DNA of 32,000 nt from Acaryochloris marina MBIC11017 (GCF_000018105.1 NC_009925.1:1020001-1052000); one strand, 5' to 3'. Shown: positions 1 to 8,638, counted from the stretch's first letter. The notes: generated by a model from the letters alone, not told the origin. Numbers and translations are program-made.

Positions 1-1
1 T

Positions 2-238
2 GGCCAGCTCACCCAGAGTCAGGAGTATGGATTTGAAGGACTCTTACCCGAACAAGTCACGTTCGACACCAGCGGCAATGCCTTAGCCGTAGTGATATAC
101 AACTACCGAGAACCCAGTCCTCAAACAGGGGCCATTGAATTTTGGGCTGTGAAAGCGGGCAAATCTCCAAAATTAGAGCGCACGGGTTACAAACTGGAGG
201 TTGTCCGCGGTGCCCACGATATCGTCTTAGTCTCCTGA
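2..238 (+). CDS. Partial CDS (last 78 codons plus stop) of a hypothetical protein entering from upstream of the window
   Basis: Frame 2 is open from the window edge to TGA at 236-238 (...AIEFWAVKAGKSPKLERTGYKLEVVRGAHDIVLVS*). Amino-acid composition is ordinary. The antisense ORF 57..296 is Cys/Arg-rich and looks like a shadow ORF. Confidence 0.45.
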   Translation, partial: GQLTQSQEYGFEGLLPEQVTFDTSGNALAVVIYNYREPSPQTGAIEFWAVKAGKSPKLERTGYKLEVVRGAHDIVLVS

Positions 239-375
239 ACAACTTGTAGATGACTTCAGTGGCAATGCAGCTCAGCAGATAATTCGCAAGATACAAACGT
301 AGCCCTATTTCAAACTGTTCTACCCAGGTTCGTAGTGGGCCATCATAAAGGGGTTAAAGGGTTTTGGGCTAACCT

Positions 376-636
376 GTGAAACATCTACTGATTCCCCTAT
401 TTATTTTGGGGTGCATTAGCCTACTGACAGGCTACTTCCGGTTTATTGTCGATGACAAAGGCAATATTCCTATCAATCGTTTTCGACTGACGGGCTGTAT
501 CGGTGATGTCCTAGTGGGAATGGTTCTGGGCACCAGCGATTTATGCGCTCGCCAACTATCGGACAAAGCGAAATCTGCTTTGTTGGTCTATGGAGGGATT
601 GCTCTTTTTTTTCTAGGATTTCAACTGGGAACTTAA
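376..636 (+). CDS. Small hypothetical membrane protein (86 aa, GTG start)
   Basis: ORF with hydrophobic stretches (LLIPLFILGCISLLTGYF, VLVGMVLG, ALLVYGGIALFFLGFQLG). No family recognised. It converges on the WD40 gene with a 3-nt gap. Confidence 0.4.
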   Translation: MKHLLIPLFILGCISLLTGYFRFIVDDKGNIPINRFRLTGCIGDVLVGMVLGTSDLCARQLSDKAKSALLVYGGIALFFLGFQLGT

Positions 637-639
637 GCT

Positions 640-3600
640 CTAAAGCGGTGGGCAGAGGTGGCGATGCTGATGTCCCTGAGCATTATTTTTTAGAAAATTT
701 GAGATCCAACGACAAGCATATTCCTCTTCTTTTGTCTGTAGAAGTTTCGCCAAATTCCAGCGCATTAGGGTTTGATCATCGCTCGCAGACACTAAGGATT
801 TCCCATCTGGACTAAATGTAATGCTACGGATCGCACGATCATGTCCAATTAAGGTTCGAAACAGCTTGGCTGGTGTCGAGCTTGAAAGATCAACCTGCCA
901 GAGTTTGACCGTGTTATCCATCGCCGCAGATGCTAACCATTTGCCATCTGGGCTAATGGCGACCTCCCGGACCGCAGATTGATGTTCAGGCAGGGTTTGA
1001 ATTATTTGACCTGAAGCGGTCCACAGCTTGATATCGCTATCTTCTGAGGCCGATACAAACCACTGGCTGTTAGGACTTATGGCCACACTTTGAACAGCTG
1101 CACGATGCTTAGATAGCGTTGTTTTTAGGGTGCCATCCCTTGCCCACAGTTTTAGGGTCTTGTCGAGAGAAGCGGAAACGAACCATTGACCGTCGGGGCT
1201 AAAACTAACATCACGAACGGTGGCTTGATGTCCCTCTAAAATTTGAAAGGGAGCCTGTTCCAATTGCCCTTGATCATCAAATTGCCAGCGTTGAATCGTA
1301 TTATCGGCGGACCCTATCGCTAACTGGTGGCCATCGGGACTGTACTCTACTGACCATAGGCGGCTTGGCGTTGATCTTCGGGTGCGAAGTGAGCCATCGG
1401 CATTCCAGATATGAATATAGCCACCGCGATCCGTTGTCACGAGTTCTGGTTTGTTAGGGTGATAGGCCAACCCATGTAAGGGGCCACCCAATTCAGGCGA
1501 TGTGACTTGAGGCACGGCTTCAAAGGTTGTTGATGTCTGACGATGCCAGCGATAAATTTTGTGGCTAGGGGAAATCGCTGCTAGCTGCTGTCCATCCGAG
1601 CGATAGGCCACTTGACTGAGAAAATCTGTGGGGCCACCTAACCGTTGCCAGAAGGGATTGTTAAGCTGCCAATAGCGCACTGTTCCGTCTTCTGAAGAAG
1701 ACAATAAAAACTGACCATCCGGGCTAAATGTAACGGACCAAACGGTCGCTTGATGTCCCTTGAAGGTTCTCAATAACTGGCCATTTCGGTGCCAAAGTTT
1801 CACAGTTTTGTCGGACGACACTGAGGCGATTAGTTCACCATTGGGGCTAAACGCCATGTCTCGGATTAAGGCACCATGACCTGGTAACTCACTGACTAAC
1901 TTGCCATTTTTAGTCCTAATTCGAATTTTTTGATCCAGCCCCGTTGCTGCAATATAGTCCCCGTTTGGGCTTAATCGTATGATTCGCAATAATTCGGGAG
2001 CTGGTGGCAGTTCCCGAATCAGGGTGCTATCGGCAGCGCGAATTTGAATGACATGGCCTTTGTAGTTATTAGCAAGATAGCGACCATCCGCACTTTGGGT
2101 AAAAAACTTCGTCTTGGTAATGGAGTTGATCAGTTCGCCTGTTCGGGTCCAAAACTGTACTTTGTGGCTATTCGTAGAGGTCACAATCCGATCCCCCTTA
2201 GCATTGAAGACTAAGGCACGGACCTCAGCATCAAACGATGAGAGGGTATGGGTGACCTTGCCTTGCAAATTCCACAGCTTAACGGTTCTATCGGCTGAAG
2301 CTGAAGCAAGGGTTTGCCCATCTGGACTAAAGACGACTTGGTTGACCTCGGCTTGGTGATTAAACTTTTGCCATCGCCTTTGTCCGTCCCAACCCCAAAG
2401 ACTGACAGAGCCATCGGCGGCGGCAGTGGCAATTTGGGTGCCATCTGGGCTAATCGCAACATGCTCCACTTTAACGCCTAAAGTTAGACGATTCCGCTCC
2501 ACCATCCGGTGGACGTTACTACGGAGTGTGGCTTGGATCTCGTTCGCTAGACCATCAGCCCCCTTTTGCAGGTGATCAAGTTGTTGATGAGCTTGAATAA
2601 TGTCGGCGAGGGCTTCCAGTTGCCGATGGGAATCCATGTTTCCCTGAGATGAGGAGAGGAGCGCTCTAATGTTACTTTCTAGGGTCTTTTGCTCACTGGC
2701 CTGGGCCAGTTCAGTCTGTTTTTGGGTCGTTTGTGCTTGCTGATAGGCAGCTCCTCCTAAGCCCACGGCAATTAAGAAGGCAATAGAGACGGTAATGGAA
2801 AAGCGCTTTTGTAGTTTGGTGGTTTGCTGTTCCTGTTGAAGCTGAGATTCAATGGCCCGTGCCCGTTCGGCTTCGAGGGTCATTTGAATCTGTTGGCGAT
2901 CGCATTCCACAGACGCCGTTAAAAACTGATGATCCTCATCGCTGAGTCGTTTCCCTTGGGACCAGTCCAGCGCCTCTTGCAGGGTTTGACCCCGCAATAA
3001 CCGGGATTCATCTTGCTGCTCTGAGGCCAACCAAAATTCCAAAGAGGCTTTGTAGGGACGGAGTCGGCCGAGCTGCTTCTCCACCCAAGCTTGATTGAAA
3101 ACCTGGCGATAGATGGGGTTCTTAACCCGAAGTTGTCCATCCTGCTTAACGACTAACCCCGATAGAATCAGGTCGGTTTGATCTGGGCTCTCTTCTGCCG
3201 GGATAGTGGTAGCCTGCAACACCTGCTGATAAAGTCCTAAGCGCCGACCAGCAGAAGCTGAATGATTGAGCAATCGATTCTGCACCGTTCTTAAATGTTC
3301 CGGTTCATCCTGGGATTCCCAATGCTGCAGGATATGGTCTTTCACAACTTGCTCGACCCAGTTCGCTTCCTTCCCCGGTGCAATGCTGACGGCTTCATCG
3401 CTAGCTTGAGCCACGAGTTGACAGAGCTTTTGGGTCAGGAACGGCTGACCTTGGGTCCAGTACAAAATCGCAGCTAAGATTGCATCGGCATCCCCACCCT
3501 TCAAATCCAGCCCCTGAGCCAATATCTTACTTTCCGCCACCGTAAAACCTTGGAGAGGAATAGCAGTCCCTAAATTAAAGGGCGTACGCTGACGGTTTTG

Positions 3601-4164
3601 GATTAGGTCCGACGGTGTGGCTACGCCAAAAAGGGCAAAGTTGAGTCGACAGTAGTCTGGATCCACTGCCCGTTGGTTATAGCAAAAGCGAATCAAGGCG
3701 AAGAAATCATCAACAGAAAAGGGCAACCCCAAAATACTGTCGATTTCATCGATAAAAATCACCAGTTGCTGATCGGGGAACTGCTCTAGCAGCCCAACCT
3801 TGATAAATTGACTTAATCGCTGCAGTAAAGAAATATCGGCTTCGTCTTGCCACCAAGATTTGAAGTCAAACTGACGGATCAGTTTGAAGTTGCGCCACAA
3901 ATCTTTGATCATCCCTTTGTACCACTGCAAAGGAGTGATATTCTCGCTACCGATATTGGTCATATCGACAACCGCACATCGATAGCCCTCTGCCTGCAAA
4001 CGGTGACGCGTCTGCACGAGTAGAGACGACTTGCCCATTTGCCGGGAGTTCAGGACATAGCAGAACTCGCCCCGTTTTAGGGCAGCGTAGATCTGCTGAT
4101 CGGCTTGCCGGGCAATATAGGTCGACGCACTGGCTGAAAGACTACCACCAATCTGATATTGCAT
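640..4164 (-). CDS. AAA-like (AAA_35/STAND-like) P-loop NTPase, winged-helix-like region, coiled coil, one hydrophobic helix, then 14 WD40 repeats (1174 aa)
   Basis: Walker A NSRQMGKSS (aa 39-47, nt 4024..4050). Walker B LVIFIDE (aa 134-140, nt 3745..3765). LSGLVV..LRVKNPIYRQVFNQAWV motif. Hydrophobic FSITVSIAFLIAVGLGGAAY (aa 455-474). Fourteen units of the SPDG....S.D.T(V/I)KLW type fill aa 560-1138. Confidence 0.9.
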   Translation of the reverse strand: MQYQIGGSLSASASTYIARQADQQIYAALKRGEFCYVLNSRQMGKSSLLVQTRHRLQAEGYRCAVVDMTNIGSENITPLQWYKGMIKDLWRNFKLIRQFDFKSWWQDEADISLLQRLSQFIKVGLLEQFPDQQLVIFIDEIDSILGLPFSVDDFFALIRFCYNQRAVDPDYCRLNFALFGVATPSDLIQNRQRTPFNLGTAIPLQGFTVAESKILAQGLDLKGGDADAILAAILYWTQGQPFLTQKLCQLVAQASDEAVSIAPGKEANWVEQVVKDHILQHWESQDEPEHLRTVQNRLLNHSASAGRRLGLYQQVLQATTIPAEESPDQTDLILSGLVVKQDGQLRVKNPIYRQVFNQAWVEKQLGRLRPYKASLEFWLASEQQDESRLLRGQTLQEALDWSQGKRLSDEDHQFLTASVECDRQQIQMTLEAERARAIESQLQQEQQTTKLQKRFSITVSIAFLIAVGLGGAAYQQAQTTQKQTELAQASEQKTLESNIRALLSSSQGNMDSHRQLEALADIIQAHQQLDHLQKGADGLANEIQATLRSNVHRMVERNRLTLGVKVEHVAISPDGTQIATAAADGSVSLWGWDGQRRWQKFNHQAEVNQVVFSPDGQTLASASADRTVKLWNLQGKVTHTLSSFDAEVRALVFNAKGDRIVTSTNSHKVQFWTRTGELINSITKTKFFTQSADGRYLANNYKGHVIQIRAADSTLIRELPPAPELLRIIRLSPNGDYIAATGLDQKIRIRTKNGKLVSELPGHGALIRDMAFSPNGELIASVSSDKTVKLWHRNGQLLRTFKGHQATVWSVTFSPDGQFLLSSSEDGTVRYWQLNNPFWQRLGGPTDFLSQVAYRSDGQQLAAISPSHKIYRWHRQTSTTFEAVPQVTSPELGGPLHGLAYHPNKPELVTTDRGGYIHIWNADGSLRTRRSTPSRLWSVEYSPDGHQLAIGSADNTIQRWQFDDQGQLEQAPFQILEGHQATVRDVSFSPDGQWFVSASLDKTLKLWARDGTLKTTLSKHRAAVQSVAISPNSQWFVSASEDSDIKLWTASGQIIQTLPEHQSAVREVAISPDGKWLASAAMDNTVKLWQVDLSSSTPAKLFRTLIGHDRAIRSITFSPDGKSLVSASDDQTLMRWNLAKLLQTKEEEYACRWISNFLKNNAQGHQHRHLCPPL
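751..2487 (-). repeat. Coding tandem array of 14 WD40 repeat units (two predicted 7-bladed propellers) inside CDS 640..4164
   Basis: Counted in the translation, for example ISPDGTQIATAAADGSVSLWGW, FSPDGQTLASASADRTVKLWNL and FSPDGKSLVSASDDQTLMRWNL. The recurring plus-strand DNA motif ccatctgggctaa (and variants) is the reverse complement of the SPDG codons. Confidence 0.85.
2896..2903. repeat. HIP1 palindrome GCGATCGC
   Basis: Exact octamer read from the sequence. Confidence 0.95.
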
Positions 4165-4179
4165 AAGCTTCAGGCCAGG

Positions 4180-5850
4180 TTAGTCAGCCGCAATAGCAAT
4201 CTGCACCCGATCTCGCCCTAATGCTTTGGCCTGGTAAAGTGCCTGATCCGCGGCTTTGATTAAACTCGTCGGATCCTGATCGAGGGTGGGAATGACACTG
4301 GCGACCCCCATACTGGCCGTGACAATTTTGGTAGCGACTGTAGAACGATCGTGACTTATCTTTTTCTCCTTGATGCAGTTCAGCATAGTCTCAGCCATTT
4401 GAGCCGCACTTTCTGCAGTGGTGAGGGGCAGCACCACCACAAATTCTTCGCCGCCATATCGTGCCACCAAGTCCGAGGCTCGTTGAGCGCACTTTTGCAT
4501 AGCCTGGGCAACCTGCTGAAGGCATTGGTCTCCAGCCTGATGACCGTAGGTATCGTTGTAGAGCTTAAAGCAGTCTACATCTGCTAAGATCACGGCCAAA
4601 GGAGCCTGCATCTCGCCCAACTGTTGCCACTTTGCCTGAATAAACTCATCAAAGGACCGACGATTGGCAACTTGGGTAAGGGCATCTAAATTAACAAGCT
4701 GTTTTAATTGCGTATTCTCTTCTTCCAGTTGGGCTAACCGTTCTCGCCAAGCATCCAGTTGACTGAAGGTTTTGTGAACAAAAAATTGCCTATAGAGTTC
4801 ACAGGAGATCAGGCACTCATTTCCCCTTAGCTCCACTAACCCTAAGCTATTGAGCTTATAAGCAATGACGGGTTCTAATTCAAACCCGCTCTTTGCTGAT
4901 ACCACATCCTTGAGGGCCGCCGCTAGCTCAGGCTGGTGATTGAGGGTGGTTAAGAGCTTCTGGAGGTGGTGGCGATAGATGCTTGCTTGGGTGGGAGCCT
5001 CCTGCAAAAACTGGTCTAGGGTCTTTTGGCCATAGCTAATGTCATACAGGGCCATATTGACTAAAGCAGGACGCCCACCCACTAAGTCCATTAACTGCTG
5101 GGCCTCACGGTTGGATTCCCAGTCCAAACCATAGGCATAGGCCAATGCTTTGACTTGGGCCAAATTAAACGGCGGCAACCGAATCGGCAAGCCCACATTA
5201 AACGGCGAGTGATTAATATTCAGGGGAACATACACTTCTGTGGAGTGACTAACCATGAGTCGCAGATGGCGAAAAACATCACCTTGTTTGGCTTGCTCAT
5301 GCCAAAAGCGCAACAAGGGTAAGAAATCGACGGCAATGGCGACATGTTCAAAGATCTCTTCAACATGCTGAAGAGCAATGACCAGGGGGGTATCTAGCTC
5401 AGCCAGCAAATAATCTTCAAAATACATGGTGCAGCTTAGCTTTGCCCCAATGTCGTCATCCCAATAGTCATCTAAACAAGAGGGCTTTCTCAGATGATAA
5501 GTAACGCTAGCGCAGAACCACCGCAAGAACTTGCCAATACTGGTAAAAATATCTTGATCGGCGGTTTGAAAGTTGATTGTCACCGTCTGATAGCCCTGGG
5601 CACGAGCATGAGCAGTGAGCCGCAATAATAGAGAGCTTTTTCCCATGCCTTGGGGCGCTTGAATACGCACTAAACCGCCCGGTTTTTCAATGCCCTGATA
5701 GGCATGATTCTCCAGGGGTAATCGCTCAATATAGAGGGATGAATCTAACGAAATCGCACCGCTAGGGAAGTGAAGATCAGCAGGATTAATTGAGGGTCTT
5801 GTTGGAACAGAAGAAGGAGGGTCGAGTGGTGACTCAGAAACCGTATTCAT
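4180..5850 (-). CDS. AAA-like (AAA_35-type) P-loop module with degenerate Walker B, coiled coil, and C-terminal GGDEF diguanylate cyclase (556 aa)
   Basis: P-loop APQGMGKSS (aa 65-73, nt 5632..5658). Walker B position reads LVIALQH (aa 156-162). Coiled coil LDAWRERLAQLEEENTQLKQL. GGDEF domain has DVDCFKLYNDTYGHQAGD, GGEEF (aa 466-470, nt 4441..4455) and the RxxD I-site RASD (aa 457-460). Its stop lies 15 nt upstream of the ATG of the WD40 gene. Confidence 0.9.
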   Translation of the reverse strand: MNTVSESPLDPPSSVPTRPSINPADLHFPSGAISLDSSLYIERLPLENHAYQGIEKPGGLVRIQAPQGMGKSSLLLRLTAHARAQGYQTVTINFQTADQDIFTSIGKFLRWFCASVTYHLRKPSCLDDYWDDDIGAKLSCTMYFEDYLLAELDTPLVIALQHVEEIFEHVAIAVDFLPLLRFWHEQAKQGDVFRHLRLMVSHSTEVYVPLNINHSPFNVGLPIRLPPFNLAQVKALAYAYGLDWESNREAQQLMDLVGGRPALVNMALYDISYGQKTLDQFLQEAPTQASIYRHHLQKLLTTLNHQPELAAALKDVVSAKSGFELEPVIAYKLNSLGLVELRGNECLISCELYRQFFVHKTFSQLDAWRERLAQLEEENTQLKQLVNLDALTQVANRRSFDEFIQAKWQQLGEMQAPLAVILADVDCFKLYNDTYGHQAGDQCLQQVAQAMQKCAQRASDLVARYGGEEFVVVLPLTTAESAAQMAETMLNCIKEKKISHDRSTVATKIVTASMGVASVIPTLDQDPTSLIKAADQALYQAKALGRDRVQIAIAAD

Positions 5851-6015
5851 TCTAAATAGAGGCTTAGCTTAAAGTTGAGCAAAACCAGGAGGTCAGTTGG
5901 TTTGAGCCTATTGTGCCCAGAACGGGTTGGCATTCTCAATTCCAACTCAACTCTTCTCCTAGAGGGTTCTTCTCGTCTCCGATGAGCCTCGCGATATCGA
6001 CTAGAGCTGAGGAGT

Positions 6016-7032
6016 TTAATTAGAGAGGTGATGCCAAGGGGGCCGATGTCCAGGGTGGGGCGGACGTCGATGTCGAGGGGGTCGATGTCGAGGCGGATGG
6101 TGTCCGGGTGGATGCTGCTTAGGAGGAGAGGGAGGTTGGTGGTGTGGCCTCCGCGAGGGCGGCAGATGATTGCGGGCAAAACTTGAATCAGGGGTGCCTC
6201 GAAAACATCTAGGAATAAACGGATAGGTCTCAGTAATGTAGTAGTGATAGATCCCTTGAGGGTGCTCCGGGGTGACACCGACTCTGCCATTACACTGGTC
6301 CAGATCGCCTGCACCCTGAACAAACTGATAATCCTGCTCAAAGGTGCCGTCATATTGCCCGAGGGGGCCATCGGGTCTTCGGCCTGACTTTAACCGATAA
6401 CTCGGTTTCATTTTTTTTAGGTCTGAATTGGGATCTTGGGCATCGGTATAGCCCTTAAGAGCGTAGATGGGAAATCCATCAGCTGCATATCCCACCAAAA
6501 TCATCGGTTTGGCCGAGAAGAGAGAGGCAATTAAACCTGTGGGTAACCCATGATAGTGATAGGCTCCCGTCGGCTGAACATGGGCATGATGGTCATCCAG
6601 TCCCAAATTGATAGCCCCAGACAAGGCATTGTACCGCCATCCCGATTGGCGATCGTTATTCCAAAATTCTGCCGTTCCTGGATCAAACGGCACTCCATTC
6701 AATGCCACGCCAAACGGCTGTCTCTTCATGGGGGTAATGGTTGCAGCTTGTTGGGGATGAACAGGCACACGATACTGATGCGTTTGGGGTGAGATTCGAT
6801 TGGGGTTGCCCTGATTTGGAAAGGTGCCTGGCGGATGATCAGGGATACCATTACTGGTGATGTAGCGATAATTCCCCTTTACTTCAATGGTGACTTGGTG
6901 CTGGAATGCCAGTTTTTGGGCAATGGTGGACGACCCTTGAGGATGGGTTTGAGCAGCGGACCCCAGCCAAAGGGGTAAACAGATGATGCTCCAATGTCCG
7001 ACCTTTATTCCCCATGTTCGCAGCTTACCCAT
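6016..7032 (-). CDS. Secreted YHYH-domain protein with a His/Pro/Arg-rich C-terminal tail (338 aa)
   Basis: N-terminal signal-like WSIICLPLWLGSAAQ. HAHVQPTGAYHYHGLP motif (YHYH family as I recall it). The tail is PPSRRPHHQPPSPPKQHPPGHHPPRHRPPRHRRPPHPGHRPPWHH. Confidence 0.75.
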   Translation of the reverse strand: MGKLRTWGIKVGHWSIICLPLWLGSAAQTHPQGSSTIAQKLAFQHQVTIEVKGNYRYITSNGIPDHPPGTFPNQGNPNRISPQTHQYRVPVHPQQAATITPMKRQPFGVALNGVPFDPGTAEFWNNDRQSGWRYNALSGAINLGLDDHHAHVQPTGAYHYHGLPTGLIASLFSAKPMILVGYAADGFPIYALKGYTDAQDPNSDLKKMKPSYRLKSGRRPDGPLGQYDGTFEQDYQFVQGAGDLDQCNGRVGVTPEHPQGIYHYYITETYPFIPRCFRGTPDSSFARNHLPPSRRPHHQPPSPPKQHPPGHHPPRHRPPRHRRPPHPGHRPPWHHLSN

Positions 7033-7164
7033 AGAATGATCGTCAACCCCGTATCCCTAGAGACGCACTCAGTTTACCCAATCCCATGGGCATGAATGAC
7101 ACTTCACCTAGGGCTAAAGGAACACCAGCTCCTCAAGACATATAGCCGTTTGGTATCCATCCCT

Positions 7165-7770
7165 ATGACGATTCCTTTTATTTTGGCCTCTGCCTCCCCC
7201 GCTCGTCGCCAACTACTGAAGACGGTCGGTATTGATCCGGTGGTTCTTCCCAGCCATTTTGACGAATCTCAAGTCACCACGACGGATCCAGAAGCATTGG
7301 TGACCACCCTGGCCACAGGCAAAGCTGAAGTGGTTGCTCACCAGCAACAGCCTCCTGCATTGGTGCTGGGATGCGATTCTGTATTGGAGTTAGGGGGCGA
7401 AATTTATGGCAAGCCCCAGGGGATTGAAGATGCGATCTCAAGATGGAAAACCATGCGCGGTCAGACAGGCCGCCTACTCACAGGACATACCCTGATTGAC
7501 TTAAAACAAAACCATCAGCTCATCCGCTGCCAAATCACCGAAGTAGATTTTGCGCCCCTCACAGACAATCAAATTCGAGCCTACGCAGAAACAGGTGAGC
7601 CACTACACTGTGCAGGCTGCTTTGCCCTAGATGGTCGAGGGGGACTGTTTGTCGAGCAGATCAGAGGTTGCCATAGCAATGTGATTGGTCTAAGTCTGCC
7701 GTTACTGCGGCAAATGATAACAGAGCTAGGTTATGACGTTACAGACCTATGGTCTAACGAGTCACCTTAA
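7165..7770 (+). CDS. maf: Maf-like nucleoside triphosphate pyrophosphatase / septum formation protein
   Basis: [23 protein letters not shown]... is a typical Maf N-terminus. The ORF is open from 7096, but the ATG at 7165 gives the canonical start. Confidence 0.85.
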
Positions 7771-8302
7771 CGGGAGTCCCCACCGCTACCAATTCAAACA
7801 GCTCCTGAATATGTTCGTCATACATGCGCACACAACCGTGAGACGCGGCGGAGCCGACGGAAGCCCGATTAGGGGTGCCATGAAACCCGATCCAGTTTTT
7901 GCCATTGGTCCAAAATCCTAACCAACGGGTACTGAGGGGATTATCGGGAGCACCCCCTGGAATGACGTAGCCTTTACCCTGAAAAGGGTTTTGCCAGGAG
8001 GGATTACGAACTTTTGTTTGAACTTCGAAATCTCCGACAGGGGTGGGCCATCCGGCTTTTCCTACCGCTACCGGATAGGATTTTAGGACCTGATCCCCCT
8101 GAAATAGGGTCACCTGGCGACGACTAATGCTGAGTTCTAATCGGCGAGTCCCATGGGCACTTGGCAAATAATTTCGAGGTTGATCCAAACCTGGCAAAGG
8201 TGTTTCAGGAATATTTTGTTCTGCTGCTTGAGCGACATCAAATGAAGCTATTGTGCCGACAGAAATTACTACACAGGCAATTTTAATAAATTCAGTTTTC
8301 AT
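7754..8302 (-). CDS. L,D-transpeptidase (YkuD domain), secreted
   Basis: Catalytic motif [22 protein letters not shown]. Signal peptide [26 protein letters not shown] starts at the internal ATG (8300..8302). The ORF track extends to 8359. Confidence 0.85.
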
Positions 8303-8638
8303 GGGAGAAATTAAAACAGCAGAAGATGCATTAGAGACGTTAAAACAATAGTTCCCCAAATATCTGCCTCAAATCTAGCTCATGAAAATTTGAAGAGCAA
8401 TATTTATTTTGTTTGTGAATATAATTCAATCAAAGAGGTTCTACTTTATTCCTTTTTTTCGTTAAGTGCATTTTTAACTCAACCCACCCATTGGCATCAG
8501 TGGTTGGTGCTGGGGATAGCAATAGCCAGATAAAATGTCAGGGGAGTGTCAGCACAGATCAGCACAGAGTGGTCTTTCTTTAGAACGCTACAAAGGCCTC
8601 AACAGAACCATTCTCTGCATTGAGCCTATGAGCCTAGA

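Noticed and set aside
57-296. 79-aa minus-strand ORF at the window start
   Set aside because: Its composition is Cys/Arg-rich and implausible (…RRLRRYRGHRGQ…RHCRWCRT). It lies antisense to a cleaner plus-strand frame that is open to the window edge, so it is most likely a shadow ORF.
543-815. 90-aa plus-strand ORF overlapping the 3' end of the WD40 gene
   Set aside because: It overlaps two better-supported genes (376..636 and 640..4164), has no recognisable motifs, and is antisense to WD40 coding sequence.
751-2487. Regularly recurring ~120-130-nt DNA periodicity that might be mistaken for a CRISPR-like or tandem repeat array
   Set aside because: The periodicity is fully explained by the 14 WD40 units of one continuous ORF. 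The repeats are divergent at the DNA level, and no spacer-repeat structure exists.
5847-6371. 174-aa same-strand ORF whose TGA overlaps the ATG of the GGDEF gene (ATGA), suggesting translational coupling
   Set aside because: Two thirds of it is an alternative frame of the well-supported YHYH gene, kept open by the GC-rich Pro/His/Arg repeat. The part downstream of the YHYH stop offers only a 28-codon Met-initiated peptide with no features. The ATGA overlap is most simply coincidence.
7754-7770. 17-nt convergent overlap of the maf and L,D-transpeptidase 3' ends
   Set aside because: The overlap is real in the sequence, but short tail-to-tail overlaps are common in compact genomes. I see no structure suggesting a special regulatory role.
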